This document shows, in pieces, positions 26,005 to 40,978 of a DNA stretch of 64,000 bases. Numbering within the stretch: the stretch's first letter is position 1; each line of letters opens with the position of its first letter. The notes under the pieces are model-generated. The model was not told the origin of the DNA. It saw only the letters and a program-made list of their open reading frames with translations, and did not search any database. The DNA lies in the NCBI GenBank assembly GCA_964106645.2, contig OZ067043.1, one strand, 5' to 3'. The DNA is from Podarcis pityusensis (lineage: Eukaryota). Both the position numbers and the translations under genes were made by a program.

Positions 26005-26215
26005 GCGACGGGGTTTGAGTTCCTTAATGCATTTTGTCTGCACTCTGTTTACATTAGACGCAGCTGAGCGGGTGCAGCTACTGGGGTAACAGGCACCGTC
26101 ACTTTGATTTATGAGCACATCAAGAGGAGTTTCAGCGTGACACTCTGGACTGACAGGAGCACTTCATTAATCTGACGCCTAGGTTACTCGCTGGCCAATC
26201 TTCATGTGCTGCCCC
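26005..26215. promoter_or_regulatory. Candidate intronic enhancer
   Basis: TGTTTAC 26046-52, CTTTGAT 26102-08, TGATTTATGA 26105-14, TGACAG 26151-56, and several CpGs. Confidence 0.45.
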
Positions 26216-27738
26216 CTCATGCAATATCATCTGGTACACTGGGGCAACTGCCAGAGACGAGGCTCTGTCTGAAAGCTTTTCTCCCGCTCAAGTTTTCTGG
26301 AAGCATAAAAGGAACTAGGTTTGTAAGAACAGGGACAGCTGGTTTCGCATTCCAAATACACTACTAGAAACAACAACATAACATTACTGGCCTGAGTACA
26401 CTGTATACTGCTGTCCACATTGGTTGTGACAGGATTAACTCATACCTGCCAAAATAAAAATGTTGCTCAACTAAAGGAAGCAGCACTTTGCAAGCCAAAA
26501 CAAAACAGGTGCCACAAAATTCAGATGCTTGTCTCAGATTCAGAGTTTCTTCTTATTCTGCTGTCGGCTTGCGGTATGTGTTTAGACGAGTAACTGTGAT
26601 TTCTCAGTTCCTCAATTACTGCACTTCTTATAGACATTTGGGCATGAGGGAATAAAGGTGCTGATTTCAAAAGTGCTGAGTTAATATTATTAGAAACAAC
26701 TATAGACAGGTATAGAACAGATATAGAATAAATTCAATAAATTAGGAAGAAAAGGCCAACTGGGCAATGGGCTCTGAATAGGCAACATATTCCATGCAAG
26801 TGCAGAATTTACACACTGAGAGTCTTAGAACTTTGTGTGTGGTTTTTTTCCTAACCCAAACAGATGTAAAACTAGGCTTGAAAGCATGCATTTTATTCTA
26901 CATAAAATATCAGAACCTGGGAAATGCAGAAAAATGTGTAAGAATATACATAAAATTTATGGGTATGATCTAGCTCTAGGCAAAACTCTTTCAAGTCCCG
27001 CTGACTTCAACGGAAGAGCTTTAAGCCTGAGTTTGAGTTCTCCCACTGAAATCAATAGAATTTAAGAGGAGTTATTAACTTCTACTGGATAGTGCTCATA
27101 AATAAGTTTGTTTTCTAGTGGCATTATGGCCAAGCTGCACATGACACCAAGTTGTGTGTAGTTCTTGCCCCCTCCGCTAAAAACAAAATGCAGCAATGGT
27201 GGCAACAATCTGCCTTCACAGACCTGCACCTTTTAAACTATTTCCTCTCCAGGTTTTTTTGGCTGTTGAAAATTGTTCCCTCCCCCCAATATCCTTTTTT
27301 TCCCTGTAAGGGAAAAGATTTGAGGTACATTTATTTCTTCCCACTCTGAGAGGAAAAAGGAGCTGGAAGGAGGAATTTTCAACAGAAGGGAGAAAGGTTA
27401 AAGGGTTATTCCTGCATTTCTTCTTTCTGCATAGGCAGATTTTGAAAAAGAAACCCAGCTGGGGGTGAGGAGGAGAATGACATATAATTCAACATGATTT
27501 GTAACCTGGCTCTGAATCCCCACTCTAAACCTTGAGGAAGGGGTATAAATTTAAATCAACCAATAAATAAGCAAACAGACTATTGCCCACATATTTAAAG
27601 TTAGGGAAAAAGTAAGTAACATCAGCCATACTTTGATCAATAGCATTTTACTGTTTCAGAGATTATCTTAAGCATCATATGACCAAAAAAGTCACCCCTC
27701 CAGATATCAAAACTAGGTTAAGCACTGGCTATCCAACC

Positions 27739-27740
<2 letters not shown>

Positions 27741-27780
<40 letters not shown>
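27741..27780 (+). repeat. (TA)20 microsatellite
   Basis: Read directly from the sequence. Confidence 0.95.
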
Positions 27781-27784
<4 letters not shown>

Positions 27785-28314
27785 CAGAGGCCAGTCTAAG
27801 GGCCTGTTTATACATTACAGGCAACACATGGAAACAGTCTTAAATCAGAGAGGTGTGACAGAAAGACTGGTATAACGTTTAGGGGAGAGGAGCAGGAGAG
27901 CACCTTGCTTTCATAAGAGCGCTCTAGAACCTTTAGAGTCTGACCTGAGCATGCATAGTTCCTACTGGGTTCACAGAGAGGTCACAGGTTAATCCTGATA
28001 TCTGGCCATATGCATAATGTGGCTAAATCATAAGGTGACCATACAGTCCTTAATAATAGTGATTCTGAGCTGCTGATAATTTTGGTTATGCCAGATGGCT
28101 TTGTGGTGGAAGCTACTGCAACAGAGAATGGAAGAAACTAACAATAAATATATTAGAAGCAGCACACATCACCAGTGGCACAGCAGGAAGAATCAAAATC
28201 TGTTTGGGGGAGTATACAGAACAGTACTGCTGAGCTAGTGCCTCTGTCAATCCAACACTAAGTGAAGAACTTGATAAACTTCCATCTTTAATGTAAAGAA
28301 TGTCAAAGAGTGGT

Positions 28315-28575
28315 GACATGGGAGAGGCCCTTTTTGGCTGTGGCCCCTCAGCTACAGAATATTCTCCAATCAGGCTTCCCTGACACAGATGATACAGGTT
28401 AAGGTCGATTGAGAAAGGTTGCTGTGGCCCATTATACTGCTGCTATTTTGCTGTTGCTGTGATGCTTGAGGTTATTGTTTTGTTAGCATACTGATGGTTG
28501 CTACATTTTTAACTCCATATTTTTATTCTGTTTGTAAATCGCCTAAACTATTTTTGAAATAGGCAACTAAATAAC
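28315..28575 (+). mobile_element. L2-type LINE 3'-end fragment
   Basis: gagaggccctttttggctgtggcccc...tgtaaatcgcc...aggcaactaaataa terminal pattern. Confidence 0.5.
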
Positions 28576-29476
28576 GATGATAGTGATTATAATAGTAATA
28601 ACGATGATGATGGTGTTAATCACAATAATTCACAAGAAGCTGAAACTCATGGTGCTTCAGTAAATATTGGGGGAAATAAACCCTATCAAATATAAAATAA
28701 TAATAATAATAATCCTGGAATTTAGAAACATCAATATAGCTGAATCATTCTCCACTTGTCCTCGCACAAACCTTTGTGGAAAATGCTAAAATAACTCGTA
28801 GCATCTAGAATTTTAATTATCTGGCCCAATCACAACACAATTAACTATGCAAATATAAAGCTGAAGAAATTCATTGGAGAAGGGTTAAGAAGGGTTTGAG
28901 ATATGGACATTTGAATCCTGGAAACTCTATTATTCCCTAGAACTAACAGGTAGCCCAGAAATAAGTTCTGCAGGTTGTGCTATTGTGACAAGCATATCAG
29001 ATTTTCCAGGTTATCATACACTGCAACGTGTGCTTTCAAGGCAGCAGCACAACTGCCAAAGAATGCTTTCACAGCACTCAGTATTATGATGTTGATTCTG
29101 GCAGGAGTGCTAATAGCAGGGATGCGGCAAATATCTATGATTTTTGATTCCTGAAGTGAAAATCATATGTTTGCAGTTGCAGATAAGTGTCTTGAACAAG
29201 CAACAGGTTCCCAAACAATTACTGGGGATCCAGGAGAATTTATTTTAAAAAAAGTAAGTTTTTTTTAAAAGCATAGTAAAATTTAGCTTGTTTCATAGAA
29301 TAAGGAAGGGCAGTCTGTCCCCGCCCCCCTTCAAATAGGAAGTTACACAATTGGCCAGTCTGTTCTTTTAAATGAGGAATAATGTACCACTCATCTACCA
29401 TTCCCAGAATACATTTCTGAAGTTGTTTCCTCCCCTTTATAAACAAGTTGAACTCACTTTTCTGCAGAAGTGTTCA

Positions 29477-29810
<334 letters not shown>

Positions 29811-30212
29811 GCTCAAGCACGCTGCTGAAATTGAAGGTGCTTCACTCCTTCCCTGCTCCTGTTCTCCCAAATAAACCACAAGCAGGAAGCCAAGAACAAA
29901 CCTTGCTTACAGGCCCTGGCTTGTTTGGAAAGAAAGAAATCGTGAGCCTGGGTTCAGACTCTAACACTAGGCCAAACCATGGCTTAGCTTCTGGAGCATG
30001 GTGGCAGAAGGAGTGGGGTAGGAGTGAAACGCCCACCATTTCAGTAGCATATACCAGCACACTGAACTTTCACCTTAAAACTCTAGTTTTGCTTAACTAT
30101 GGCTTAAAGCGGTATGTGAATGAGGTCAGTGTTTGATTTAAAAAAGGGCAGAGTGATTGAGAACTACATATCATTACATATCTGGGCCTCACCATTTCCT
30201 AAGATGTTAGCA

Positions 30213-30341
30213 CAGGCATAGGCAACCTTTGGCCCTTTTGGACTACAATTCCCATCATCCCTGACCACTGGTCCTGTTAGCTAGGGATCATGGGAGTTGT
30301 AGGCCAAAACACCTGGAGGGCCGAAGGTTGCCTATGCCTGG
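30213..30341 (-). mobile_element. hAT MITE, same core as 16512-16647, in opposite orientation
   Basis: TIR caggcataggcaacctt / aaggttgcctatgcctg. Direct repeat tgttagca at 30205-30212 / 30342-30349. The internal core is the reverse complement of the 16512 element. Confidence 0.88.
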
Positions 30342-31399
30342 TGTTAGCACATTGACAAGGTGTTACATATATGTTTGGCATTATTTACAATAGCCCCCAA
30401 GAAGCAGGTGATTTGAACAGGATCACATAAGGAGTCTGTGGAAGAAAGCTATTTATTTCTGTTGTACTTTTAGTATAACAATTTTCTTTACAGCTCATCC
30501 ATCCTCACGAAGATCATTTGAAGCTCACTGGCACTCCCATTTTATGAATTCAAACAGAGGTTGAGAAATTAACTTGTTTAAGAAACCCAGTATTCCACTA
30601 ATATCTCTCTTTTGCTCTGTGAACTGGATTACACTGGCACTTGTAAAACTCCTTCGGTTTCACCAGCACTTCACACTAGATTGATATCATGTGGCTAAGA
30701 ATTGTGACATTATTTGCAAGTATTGCATTGGAATGCTGGGAGATTCCAAAACTCCTGAGAATTGGGGGTTTTAAAATGTGAGCCATTTAAACTAGGCTCT
30801 TTCTTCCATGCCAGCAACACCCGGAGTAAGGCATGCTTAACTCCACAAGGTTTGATGTTAAATCATCATTTGTAGAACAGCTGAATCTGGTGGTTGTGCA
30901 GGTCACCTTCCTGCTTATGCAGAGACAGAGAAGACTATAGCAATTGCAAATCTTTTGTTTACAGGGGAAAGAAAAAACAAAGGAAAGAAGACAGGGAAAT
31001 TATTTCCTCCAAAGATTCTGGCAATGGAAACAGATAGCCAAATGTAATATTTTTCTAAAAGGTGTGGCAAATACATGTAAAAATTGAAAGGACAATTCCC
31101 AGAACTGAAAGAATATCATTCAACAGACTGAATTACATGAGCTCCAGGCTGTAACCTCCTCCTGTCCATCACTACACCATCTGGGGTGAGATAAATGGGA
31201 AAGAGGGAGAGATAGGAAACTGCGTATTTTTCTGTCCAGTACAACCAGAGACTAACTGGTTTAGAGTTGAATGAGCTTACTTCATTTGAAACAGACATAT
31301 ATTTATCTTACTATATCAAGCAATTTGTCTGTTATTTGGTTATGCATTGTATTGCTTCATCATCACTGTCATCATCACTGTCATCATCATCATCATCAA

Positions 31400-31790
31400 A
31401 TTTGTTAGTCATTTTATCTTGTCCAGGGTAACCCAAAGCAACTTAGAACCAAAGACACAGACAGACACTACCACCCCCCGCACATAGATAATTAAAACAA
31501 AAGGGGGGAGGAAGGAAATACAATAAAAACAACTTGCCTACTTCTAAAAGACCACAGATAGTTAAAAGCAAAAGGCCTGGTTATAGAGGAAGGTTTTTGT
31601 CTAATGCCTAAAGATATGTTATGATGGTGCCAGGTGGGTCTCCCTGGGTATTCCACAAATTGGGAGGTCTGCTCTTGTGTTGTCTCCTCTAGGCCTTTCA
31701 TGGAAGAGGCACATGAAGAAGGACCTCAGATGATGATCACAGGTTCTAGGTCAATTCACATGCGGAGGGGGCAGTCCTTGTTCTGAGCTG
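31400..31790 (-). mobile_element. L2-type LINE 3'-end fragment (reverse)
   Basis: Reverse-complement match to the same 3'-end pattern (ttccacaaattggg, gaaggtttttgtctaatgcc), with a (CAT)n tail at its end. Confidence 0.5.
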
Positions 31791-34700
31791 TTTAGCACCC
31801 CAACTAAAGATTTCCTTCATGCTCACCCTGTTCAGTTGGTTTAATCACTGTATGTTGAGTACTTTCTAAGTGCAGTTTCACACATGCAGTTTCTCCAAGC
31901 TCCCCTTGCACAATTTGCATGCAAATATTACGAGTGAATAATAACGTTACAGAAGAAAGTCAAAATACCCAAAGTATGTTTTACAGTCACATCAGAAACA
32001 AAAAGGTAAAACTGTTACCTATTTTGCTTTTTAAAACATTAGCATTGTGTCTTTAAGCCTAAAGACAAGCTGTAACAAATTTTAAAATCCATAATACGAA
32101 AAGTAAACAAAACGGCAGAACAAACTCAGAAATCAATACATTAAATTAATAAAGCAAGCCAAATTTTGTGTGTGCCAAACTCAGAGTTTCAAAGGCTCTC
32201 TAAAAAACACACCAGATCTTTGTCTCCTGTTTGAAGATCAGCAGGGAGTGAAAAGAGCAATTTATAGCATGCCAAAGGCACTTGGCACTCATATGTCTCT
32301 GCCTCCAAGATGCTTACAATCTAGCAAGGATGAATGCAAGCTAATGCAATGGCATGTAGTAAGGCTTGGTTACATTTGTATACTATGTATGGTGTACTCT
32401 TTGCAAGTTGCTCAGTTCTTAAATTGTAAATACTCACAAACATACATTTTATTTTAATCTTAGGAAAATAAATTGCCCTGCCCTAAAAATACTTGCCCTT
32501 GTTTCTGGATGTCCTGGACATGGGCTATAAGAAGCAAAAGTTTGGGTTTATTACATAAAAATGCAAAAAATAAAATAAAATCCTAAAAGTACAATTTATT
32601 TTTTTCTAAAAAAAATTACACCTCAAAAACTTGAAAATGAGAGTGCGGCTTTTAAATGGTACATATGATTGGGGCTCTGGGGTATTATAACTCACTTCTA
32701 CTTAGCGTCTCTGTTCTGCTATCTAAGAAACAGGCATGCCAGTATATACTGCACATAAACACTTAATACTCTACAATGTGACCTAAGATTCCTGGATAAA
32801 GGGTAATGCTAATTGTGTGCTGAGTGGTATTATACAGGGCTTTTCAAAGGGATGCCAATTCTAATTTAATACACTGTGCCCTTCTAAATCTACAAATTTG
32901 GTTTGTTTTCCACAGGAGGGGGCCAGAACCACAGGAGAGGTCGACACAGGTTCTTCAACACTAGGAAAAAAAGCTGGCTCCTGAGGAATGCCCCTGGGGA
33001 TTCTGGGAAAGTCCTTATCAGCTTGTAGTTGACAGTGCTGACAGCAGAAACTTTTCTCTTTATGTCTGCTGAACAGGTTTGGAAAGCCTCCCTGTTTACC
33101 CAAAAGCCAATCAAAACCTGGTCTCTGTATGGGATTCTGAGAACATTGGGTCAAGAGGTGAGAGGTGTGATGTTTGGTTTTCTTCTTGTGGAGAATGCCA
33201 GCTATTCCGGCCTAGGCTGTTTAATTTGCAGTCAAACATGTTTCTCTATCTGGCTCCAAAGAGGCTCAGAGAAGGAAGGACCCCACCCAAGTTAGTGTTT
33301 ACCCTTTGTTCTTTCCCTGGGGCCAACCTTGACTTCTTATCAGCTTGTATGAAGTAAACAGGTACTGAAGGCAGGAAGAAGGGTGTGGAGGATGCTGTGT
33401 TTTCTTGTTCATTCCCCCTCCCTAGAGAAAGTGTTTATTAAAACAGTTGTGTTTTGTTGGGGGATTTTATTATCTCCTCCCTTCTTCTAACTATTTCGTA
33501 ACTGAGAGAGAAAGCATTTTCCTTTTGCCAAAGAAAGTCTGTCTGTCTGTAAAAGTACCAGATCAAGCTGCTAAGGCTGACTTTTTACTCAAATACTTAA
33601 TTCCAAATTAGGGGGCAAGCAAATGTGGTTCAGAGCTGCAAAGAGGAACAGCTAGACAAAGCGTTAGGTCAAAATACATATCTTAATTGGAATAAGGCTC
33701 TCCAGTTATGTGCAGCTACAAAGTAATTCCTAGTGGTGAGAGCACCTTAATTTATTTAGTTGGATAAGAGCACCCTTAATTCATCTTATCTTCTTAAATT
33801 TCTCATTGACCTGGTCAGCACATCACAAAAAGCCAAACTAGGTCTTTGCTATAGCTCATGGTTAGCAAGGAGAGAGCTGAACTACAAGCCCACATTCAGA
33901 CAACAAAACCAACCAAACACTCTTGATACATCCTTGATTTGGGTGCCAAGTCTTTTAACACAAGGAATGTTTGAATTAAGCGCTGGTTGAATATCCCGCA
34001 ATCTTCACATCTGCAGAACTGTCCATTCTCCATGAAAGTGTTTATGGAGATATTTGGCAGCTTTCCAGGATGCAGACTAAACTCAGGAATTTTCATCTTA
34101 CCTTAAATACAATGTGGTTGTTGGGAGAGCTTTTTTTGATTTTTATTATTTTGAAAAAGCCTTGCAGCTACTTTGAAAAGCAGCCTGATGCTCTGGGTGT
34201 ATCCCTGGCACAAAATGTCCCTGGAAACAAATGCTACACAACGGATGAATGGCTCCCCCAACCCACCCCCCCAAGAAAGATGTTACATCAAGATACAGTA
34301 TTATTTCCATGGGGCATTCCATCCCAGTAATACAAGCAGAACAGCTGGCAAAGCTTTGTGTTGTTAGAAAAAGAAAACCTTGACATCTTGTTTTTAAGGC
34401 AATTTGACGAATTTTGAAATTCACCTGCACCTGAACATCAATCCAATCTTCAAGGATCACTTTTGCCCCAACCCCCAAAATTTACAAAAACCAAAGGCCA
34501 AATACTTTGACTCAGTACTAATTAGAATGGCATACACATCCAACTTACTATTTCAAACTTGCTGCAATTATTCATAGTTAATGCTCTTAATATTTCACGG
34601 GAACAGCTAAAGCAGGGAGGAAGAGGCAAAAATGGAATAAGGGCCTTTCTAGACTCTAATCTCATTGCAAAGCAATGTACAATTATGATTATTCAGTTGT

Positions 34701-35391
34701 CATAAGGTATCCAGACATTTCCCAAGGCAGAGCAGGAGAAGACCAACAATGTTGCATTAGCAATGAATCTGTACGATTTTGTTGCCGGGGGAAAGAAATT
34801 CCCTCCCCACACAAGCACACACCCACACCTCACCACCTTGCGTCAAGACCTGACTCCCAAATCCATTTGATGGGGACAGACTCTTCACTATACTAGCACT
34901 GGTCTAATAAAGCATGAAGAAGAAGAAGAAAAACCTAGATGGTTTTGTTAATGTTTTTTGGAGAGAGACCCCTATGATACAGCAATCTTTAAACTGTTCA
35001 TTGGGAGGGCAATTCAAGCCCCTCTCAAAAAAGAGCTGCCATTTACAAAGGGGAAACTAAAACAATTTCAGCTAGCCTAGATATTTGTGGCTAAACCATA
35101 TTCAGAGGCAAAGGACATGGGCGAGGATAAGTTCTTACAGTAGAAAGTGTAGAACGTGGCTGTCCAGGACTTACATTGCACCTAAGCAAGGACACATTAA
35201 ACAACCCTGAGTAAGTAAGTATCTCTCTGCCTCAGGACATCAGTGTAGAATATCAGTGCCTCATCTCGGAATTTACAAACAGAAAACACATTATATTTGC
35301 ATGTGAGAAATGTAGAGACACAAAGGTCGGTCCTCTGAAATCACATGAAATGTCTGTCACAAGAAGGCCACTCAAACGCAGGCTGTCTTAC

Positions 35392-35514
35392 CTGTTGCAG
35401 CATAATTGCTTGCTGCTGCTGCAGCAGAGCTTGGAGCTGAGGAGGAGACAGGATTTGTTGCATCTGCTGTGGGGTGATCATCTGAGGAGACATCATGGCC
35501 ACAGACACTGGAAC
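35392..35514 (-). CDS. FOXP4: FOXP4 exon B (~exon 4), 123 nt, [41 protein letters not shown]
   Basis: Acceptor tttgtttctgcag, donor CAG|gtaag, phase 0-0. Lies inside ORF 35341..35697. Confidence 0.97.
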
Positions 35515-36060
35515 CTGCAGAAACAAAGGACGGTGGATGATGGCATATGCTATACCCAAATGAAAGGGTGTAGGTAGGAGAACAGGGAAAGAAGGTACAG
35601 CTACATTGATTGTTCCTGGCATGTGGGCAAGAGCAAGATGCTTGTTACACTTACAAGTACTGCCAGGCCGACTGGCTCCCGGCACATCCCCTCTCAAAAC
35701 TTCACAAGGACACGACCTTAGAGTTGAGACAAACTGGTCTGTCCAATCCTACAACTTTTACCCACGACAGACCAAACACAGTGAGGCAAGTCCAGGGCAA
35801 AAGCTGATCTTAAGACCACAAAGATAAATAAATCATTTGTCAGACACCCTAATTCTGTTGCTTCACTTTCTACAGGTAATTTAACACAGTACAAAATATT
35901 GTAGAACTTGAACTAGTTTTGAACTTGAGGTTAGACTGAAACAAACACAGACACCTTGAGCACTGATGGCTCCATAATACCACTTCTTTGCCTTTGGAAA
36001 AAGCTATTGCTTGTAGATGATGATGGTGATATGATTTACTTCACTTCTATGCCCCTTAAT

Positions 36061-36414
36061 GGGACACGGGTGGCTGTGTGGGTTAAACCACAGAGCCTAG
36101 GGCTTGCCGATCAAAAGGTCAGCGTTTCGAATCCCCGCAACGGGGTGACCTCCTATTGCTCGGTCCCTGCTCCTGCCAACCTAGCAGTTCGAAAGCACAT
36201 CAAAGTGCAAGTAGATAAATAGGTACTGCTCTGGCGGGAAGATAAACGGCGTTTCCGTGCACTGCTCTGGTTCGCCAGAAGCGGCTTAGTCATGCTGGCC
36301 ACATGACCCGGAAGCTGTACGCCGGCTCCCTCGGCCAATAAAGCGAGATGAGCGCCGCAACCCCAGAGTCAGCCACAACTGGACCTAATGGTCAGGGGTC
36401 CTTTACCTTTTTTT
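36061..36414 (+). mobile_element. Full-length Sauria SINE (Squam1 type)
   Basis: tRNA-like head gggacacgggtggctgtgtgggttaaacc...ttcgaatcccc, core ctgccaacctagcagttcgaaagcac, 3' end ggggtcctttaccttt. 13-bp TSD tatgccccttaat at 36048-36060 / 36415-36427. Confidence 0.93.
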
Positions 36415-36978
36415 TATGCCCCTTAATATATTTAAAGTATCTCTAAGAAGTGTACAGAAAATGAAAGCAATAGCAGACAACATAAACAAAAGTATTACAA
36501 AAATACACAGTTACATATAAAAATGTTACATTGATACAAAGGTCTCCCCCAGGGTCCAAACAAACTCTCAGCTCACCCGCAAAAGTCTCACAACGAGAAG
36601 AGCTCCGGAAAGGTTATTATTGCTGTGGTATGCATTGCTATGAAAGATCCATTTCCTTGTCACTACTTTTTTGAACCCCTCTTGGAAGGGAAAATTGAAG
36701 AAGGAACTCAAAGGTTGATCATAAGGAAGGGAATGAAGGTGCTTGGGGAAATTAGGAGGGTGCTTTGGGGATTAGGGAGATTAGGGTTATCAATTTATTT
36801 CTGGAAAAAGTCAAGCCAAGGTGAGCAGAGGAGAAGTTTGCCCAACACACACATCACTTTACTGGCATGGCCTTCCCAGCATCACCTTAAATCACTAGTT
36901 TTGAAGAACAGAAGTTCTGTGAGGATGTTGAGGGTCATAATGATTCTCAGCATTCTTTACACAACAATGGCTCTAATC

Positions 36979-37178
36979 CAGGGGTAGGCAACCTAAGGCC
37001 CATGGGCCAGGTGTGCTCCAATCACCTGAATGTGTCCTTTTATTTAAAATGCACCTCTGGGTTATTTGTGGAGCATAGGAATTCGTTCATTTCTTTTTCT
37101 TCAAAATGTAGTCCGGCCCCCCACATGGTCTGAGGGACGGTGGACTGGTCCACGGCTGAAAAAGGTTGCTAACCCCTG
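36979..37178 (-). mobile_element. hAT MITE, same family as 23906-24155, reverse orientation with an internal deletion
   Basis: TIR caggggtaggcaacct / aggttgctaacccctg. 8-bp TSD ctctaatc (36971-36978 / 37179-37186). Shares the core tgtgtccttttatttaaaatgca..tctgggttatttgtgg. Confidence 0.9.
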
Positions 37179-40100
37179 CTCTAATCTCAGGAGTTCTTCT
37201 GGGTTCAAAAATTTACATTTGTATGGCCTTAATGCCGCTGCTTACACAATTCAATGTAACTCCTGGAGATATTCCAAAGCAGGCATGTCCAAAGTCCATT
37301 TGGGGGGGCCTAATGTGGCCCGCCGGTCTGTTTAATCCGGCCCATGTGGCAGTTTATTTCCTGGGGTAAAAACCCTCAACAACTTAAATCCTTAAAAAAG
37401 GATTTAAAGGTACACGTTTTAACTCAAGGCTGAAAATGGAAACCAAAAGTCAGAAGAACTCAGGTGAAAGTGGCCTGCTCTCTGCAAACCACCATTAAGA
37501 GATCCAAAAACCACTATTCTAGGTATTTTCTCCTAGCTCAGAAAAAAATCGGTGTAGAATCAGGTTGATAAATATGAGTGGTGTCAAACTGTTATTTAAA
37601 GCATTTGTATTTGGCCTTTTCACATTTGCTCAAGGCATCTCACAACGCATTTAATACAGAAGTACAATGAAAACCAAATCTAACCAAAAATAATCAGCAT
37701 AATTTTTTTCCTCCTTACACTCCAGACTACAACACAATTCTTACTTCTACATTCAATGACTTTCAATAACTGCTTCTTTGTACCCCATATACCTTCACCT
37801 GTGAGATAAGTAGGCTGTGAATGGTTACATATAGGTCGTGGTGGTCCAACTTTCATACCAAGTGGGCCGCAAGAGTACTTTGGCACAGAAAACACAGGCC
37901 GCACACTGCCTTGTTGCTTGAAGAGTGGGGAGCAGAAGGCCAAAATCGGACACACACACCCAGCCCTCACGCTGCCTTCTCAAAGCTAGCTAAGCAAGGC
38001 AGCAGGCTTTGGGGAGGAGGGTGTGAGGCTCCTAGAGCCCTCCCAGCTCCTTCTCAAAGCTGGGAAGGCCCTAACTAGGCTTTGGGAAGAAGGCTGGACT
38101 CTAGGACCCTGTCAGAGCCATCACACCTCCTTCCTCAAGCCCAGCACTTTGCTTAACCAGCTTTGGGAAGGCATCTGTAGGGGGAAGGTGTCAAATGTTG
38201 CTGAGGGGTGCCAAAAGAGGCCCTGAGGGGCACCATAAGAGGCTTTAAGTGGCCCTTGGGTTGCACTTTGGACCATCCCTGATATAGGTCAATAAAAACA
38301 GCTTGAATTGGGTTTGGAGACTCACTGGCAGCCACTGTAATTGCCTCAGAACCAAATGCAGGAACTCTTCCCTGCCTACACTCACCTGCAGCTAGGCTAA
38401 AGCATTCCACACTAGTTACAGCTTTCAAACAGCCTGAAAGGACAGACCTATATAGACCAAACATAGTCTTTGTTATTATCTGAAGTAACAAAGGCATAGA
38501 TAATGGTTCTTACCATCTGGAAACAAGTACAGCCAGTGTATCATAGATGTAGTAGTACTGACTGACCCAGGAACGCACCAGCCTACATCCCTGCTCTAAG
38601 AGTCCTACAGCACAACAGGAAAACCTGCCACTCCAATTCCCATCAGCATCACTTTTAGTCTTACCCCGATTAAGCCTCGGTTCATTAATTAAGCCTCATC
38701 CATCTAACCACAACCTTCACACACTAGCTATGGAAAGAGGCAGCAATTTCTAGCTTCATAGGTAACAAAATATAAAAGCTGGGTGCCATCCATATACTGC
38801 TTATTCCCAATCCCTAAAACTCATGGTACTTCTTTGCTGCAGGTTCCTCTATTTTCAGTTCAATGCTTTAGTGTTGGACAAGAATGGAAAGAAAATAATA
38901 TGGACATAGGAGTTTTGCATGGCATTCCCTCATAGAATGAACTGATGGCACCTATCCTATAATTTCTTTCGTCTACCATGTGACTAGGTTTCAATTCGGT
39001 GGGGGCAGAGATAAGGTGACAAATTAGTGTGCTCTTGTTAGGAAGAGAGAATAAATGTAGTGAGCAAGTTATTCCACATTCCTTCTAAGACTACTTTGCT
39101 TATCATACCTCCATACATACAAGGAAAGTAGTAGTGGAAATAAGTCCATCTAGGCAGGAATTGATTGACTGGTTTAATAATCGCATGGTCATGGGGTCAC
39201 AATTGGATCACTCCACACACCTCTGGCTTGAAGTGAGAGTGGAAGAAGACCAGGAAAGATGCAAGAGCCTACAGAGAAATCAATGGGGGTGAAGTGTGTT
39301 TAAGGTGCAGATTGTGCAGGTGTGGAAAGTATGGAAAGAGAGGCTCACGAAGGGTGTATTAAAGAGATGAGCTCTACTTGAATAACTGTCAGTACATATT
39401 TTAAATTGATGTTCCTGGAGAAGGGTTAACAAGTGCACAGAAACACCAGTCTCCAAGCTACCTATCCCTGAGGGATTCAGTGCACCTTTTTGAATAATGT
39501 GGCATATTAAATATTATTGCTATAATAGCAATAGTGGCAGCAGCAGTAATAAGAACAATAACCACACCTTATTCTCAGAGTGAAGGTTGCTTCAATTGTC
39601 ATGCAATTCCTGCATGGAAAACCTTTGGTGTAAGGTAAAACACAAAAAATCCGAACACAGACGCACACACACACTGTGATCAACTGTATGTTCATGCAGT
39701 GACATTTGCATCAGAAGCAGGAAATCAACTGGACAAGCACTGGGAAGATGGCAAAGGTGTTAGAAGAACACTGAAGTAGTAAGGGACTTTTAAAAAAGCT
39801 ATTCCATTCATCAGGCTTCACTGCAAAGAGCATTTGAAGAATACCCACATTTTCTCAGCACCACAGATGAAGAACTCTGTCATGTAAAAAGTGACAATAG
39901 AGTGACTTTCAGAACCAACTGACAAAATTTACAGGCTTGACTATTATAATACACAATTTTCCTAGGAATGAAATTCCTGCATGGAGGGCTCTCTGGAGCA
40001 GGCATTCCACTCTCACTAGCATAAAAGTTTTTCGAGCTAAATAAAGTTTCCTGGGTCTTTTCTATCTGCAAAAGGCCTGCAGATTCTCTATTACCGGGAA

Positions 40101-40978
40101 TATTCTTCATAGAGTAGTGGTTCCCTGACCACCAGCACCCCACATGGCACAACTGAAAATTGCTGAAGGTCTTGGAGGACCACTTAATGATTTTTCTGCT
40201 GTTGTTCCAATTGTTGCACTAGATGCTGTATTGTATTTTTATTGTTTGTTTTATTTCTTATATATTGCATTCTACTGTATTCCATGGAATTCATATGGTT
40301 ATACAATAAAAGAAGTAAAAGAAGCAATTAAAAATAAATATTTTGAATTTGATGGAAATGCTGTCTGCTGTCTTCAACCATAGATCCACAAACATGCTGC
40401 AGACCATCTGAATGAAGCTCACAGACCACTGGTGGTCTATGGACCATAGTTTTGGAACCCCTGTCTTGGAGAATAAAGGCACCATTTGGAGTTAATGTTC
40501 CAAGTATTGAACTGTATACAAAGGGAAGAGATGGTTCCTAGAAGGTGGAAGATGATGAAGGACTCACCAGACCTAGGCTATGTGGGGAGTAATTGAAATG
40601 ATATGACACTCACACATAGAGACACACACCTTGTCAGATCATGTCCTGCTCCACGAGCCTTCACTTTGTGAAGAATGACTATTGGTTTCCAAGACCAGGA
40701 CCTTTATCCCAGTTGCCACTGAAACTAAGGAACGACCTCCCAGCTGAAGTTAGAGGATGTTCCTCCTTTTGTCTTCAGTAAGAGAGGAAAGATACATCCG
40801 CTTTGTAAACCACTCTGAGCAAAGGAAAAGGGGCATCTAAATCACTTTAATCAAATTAATCAGGGAATGCAAATGATTGCTCCATTTCATCCATGCCTTT
40901 CTCTTAAGTAGAGAAAATAAACTTTCCAGTTAGGATTAGCACTCTATTGCACTGTTGTGAAAGAACAAAGAATGTCCA

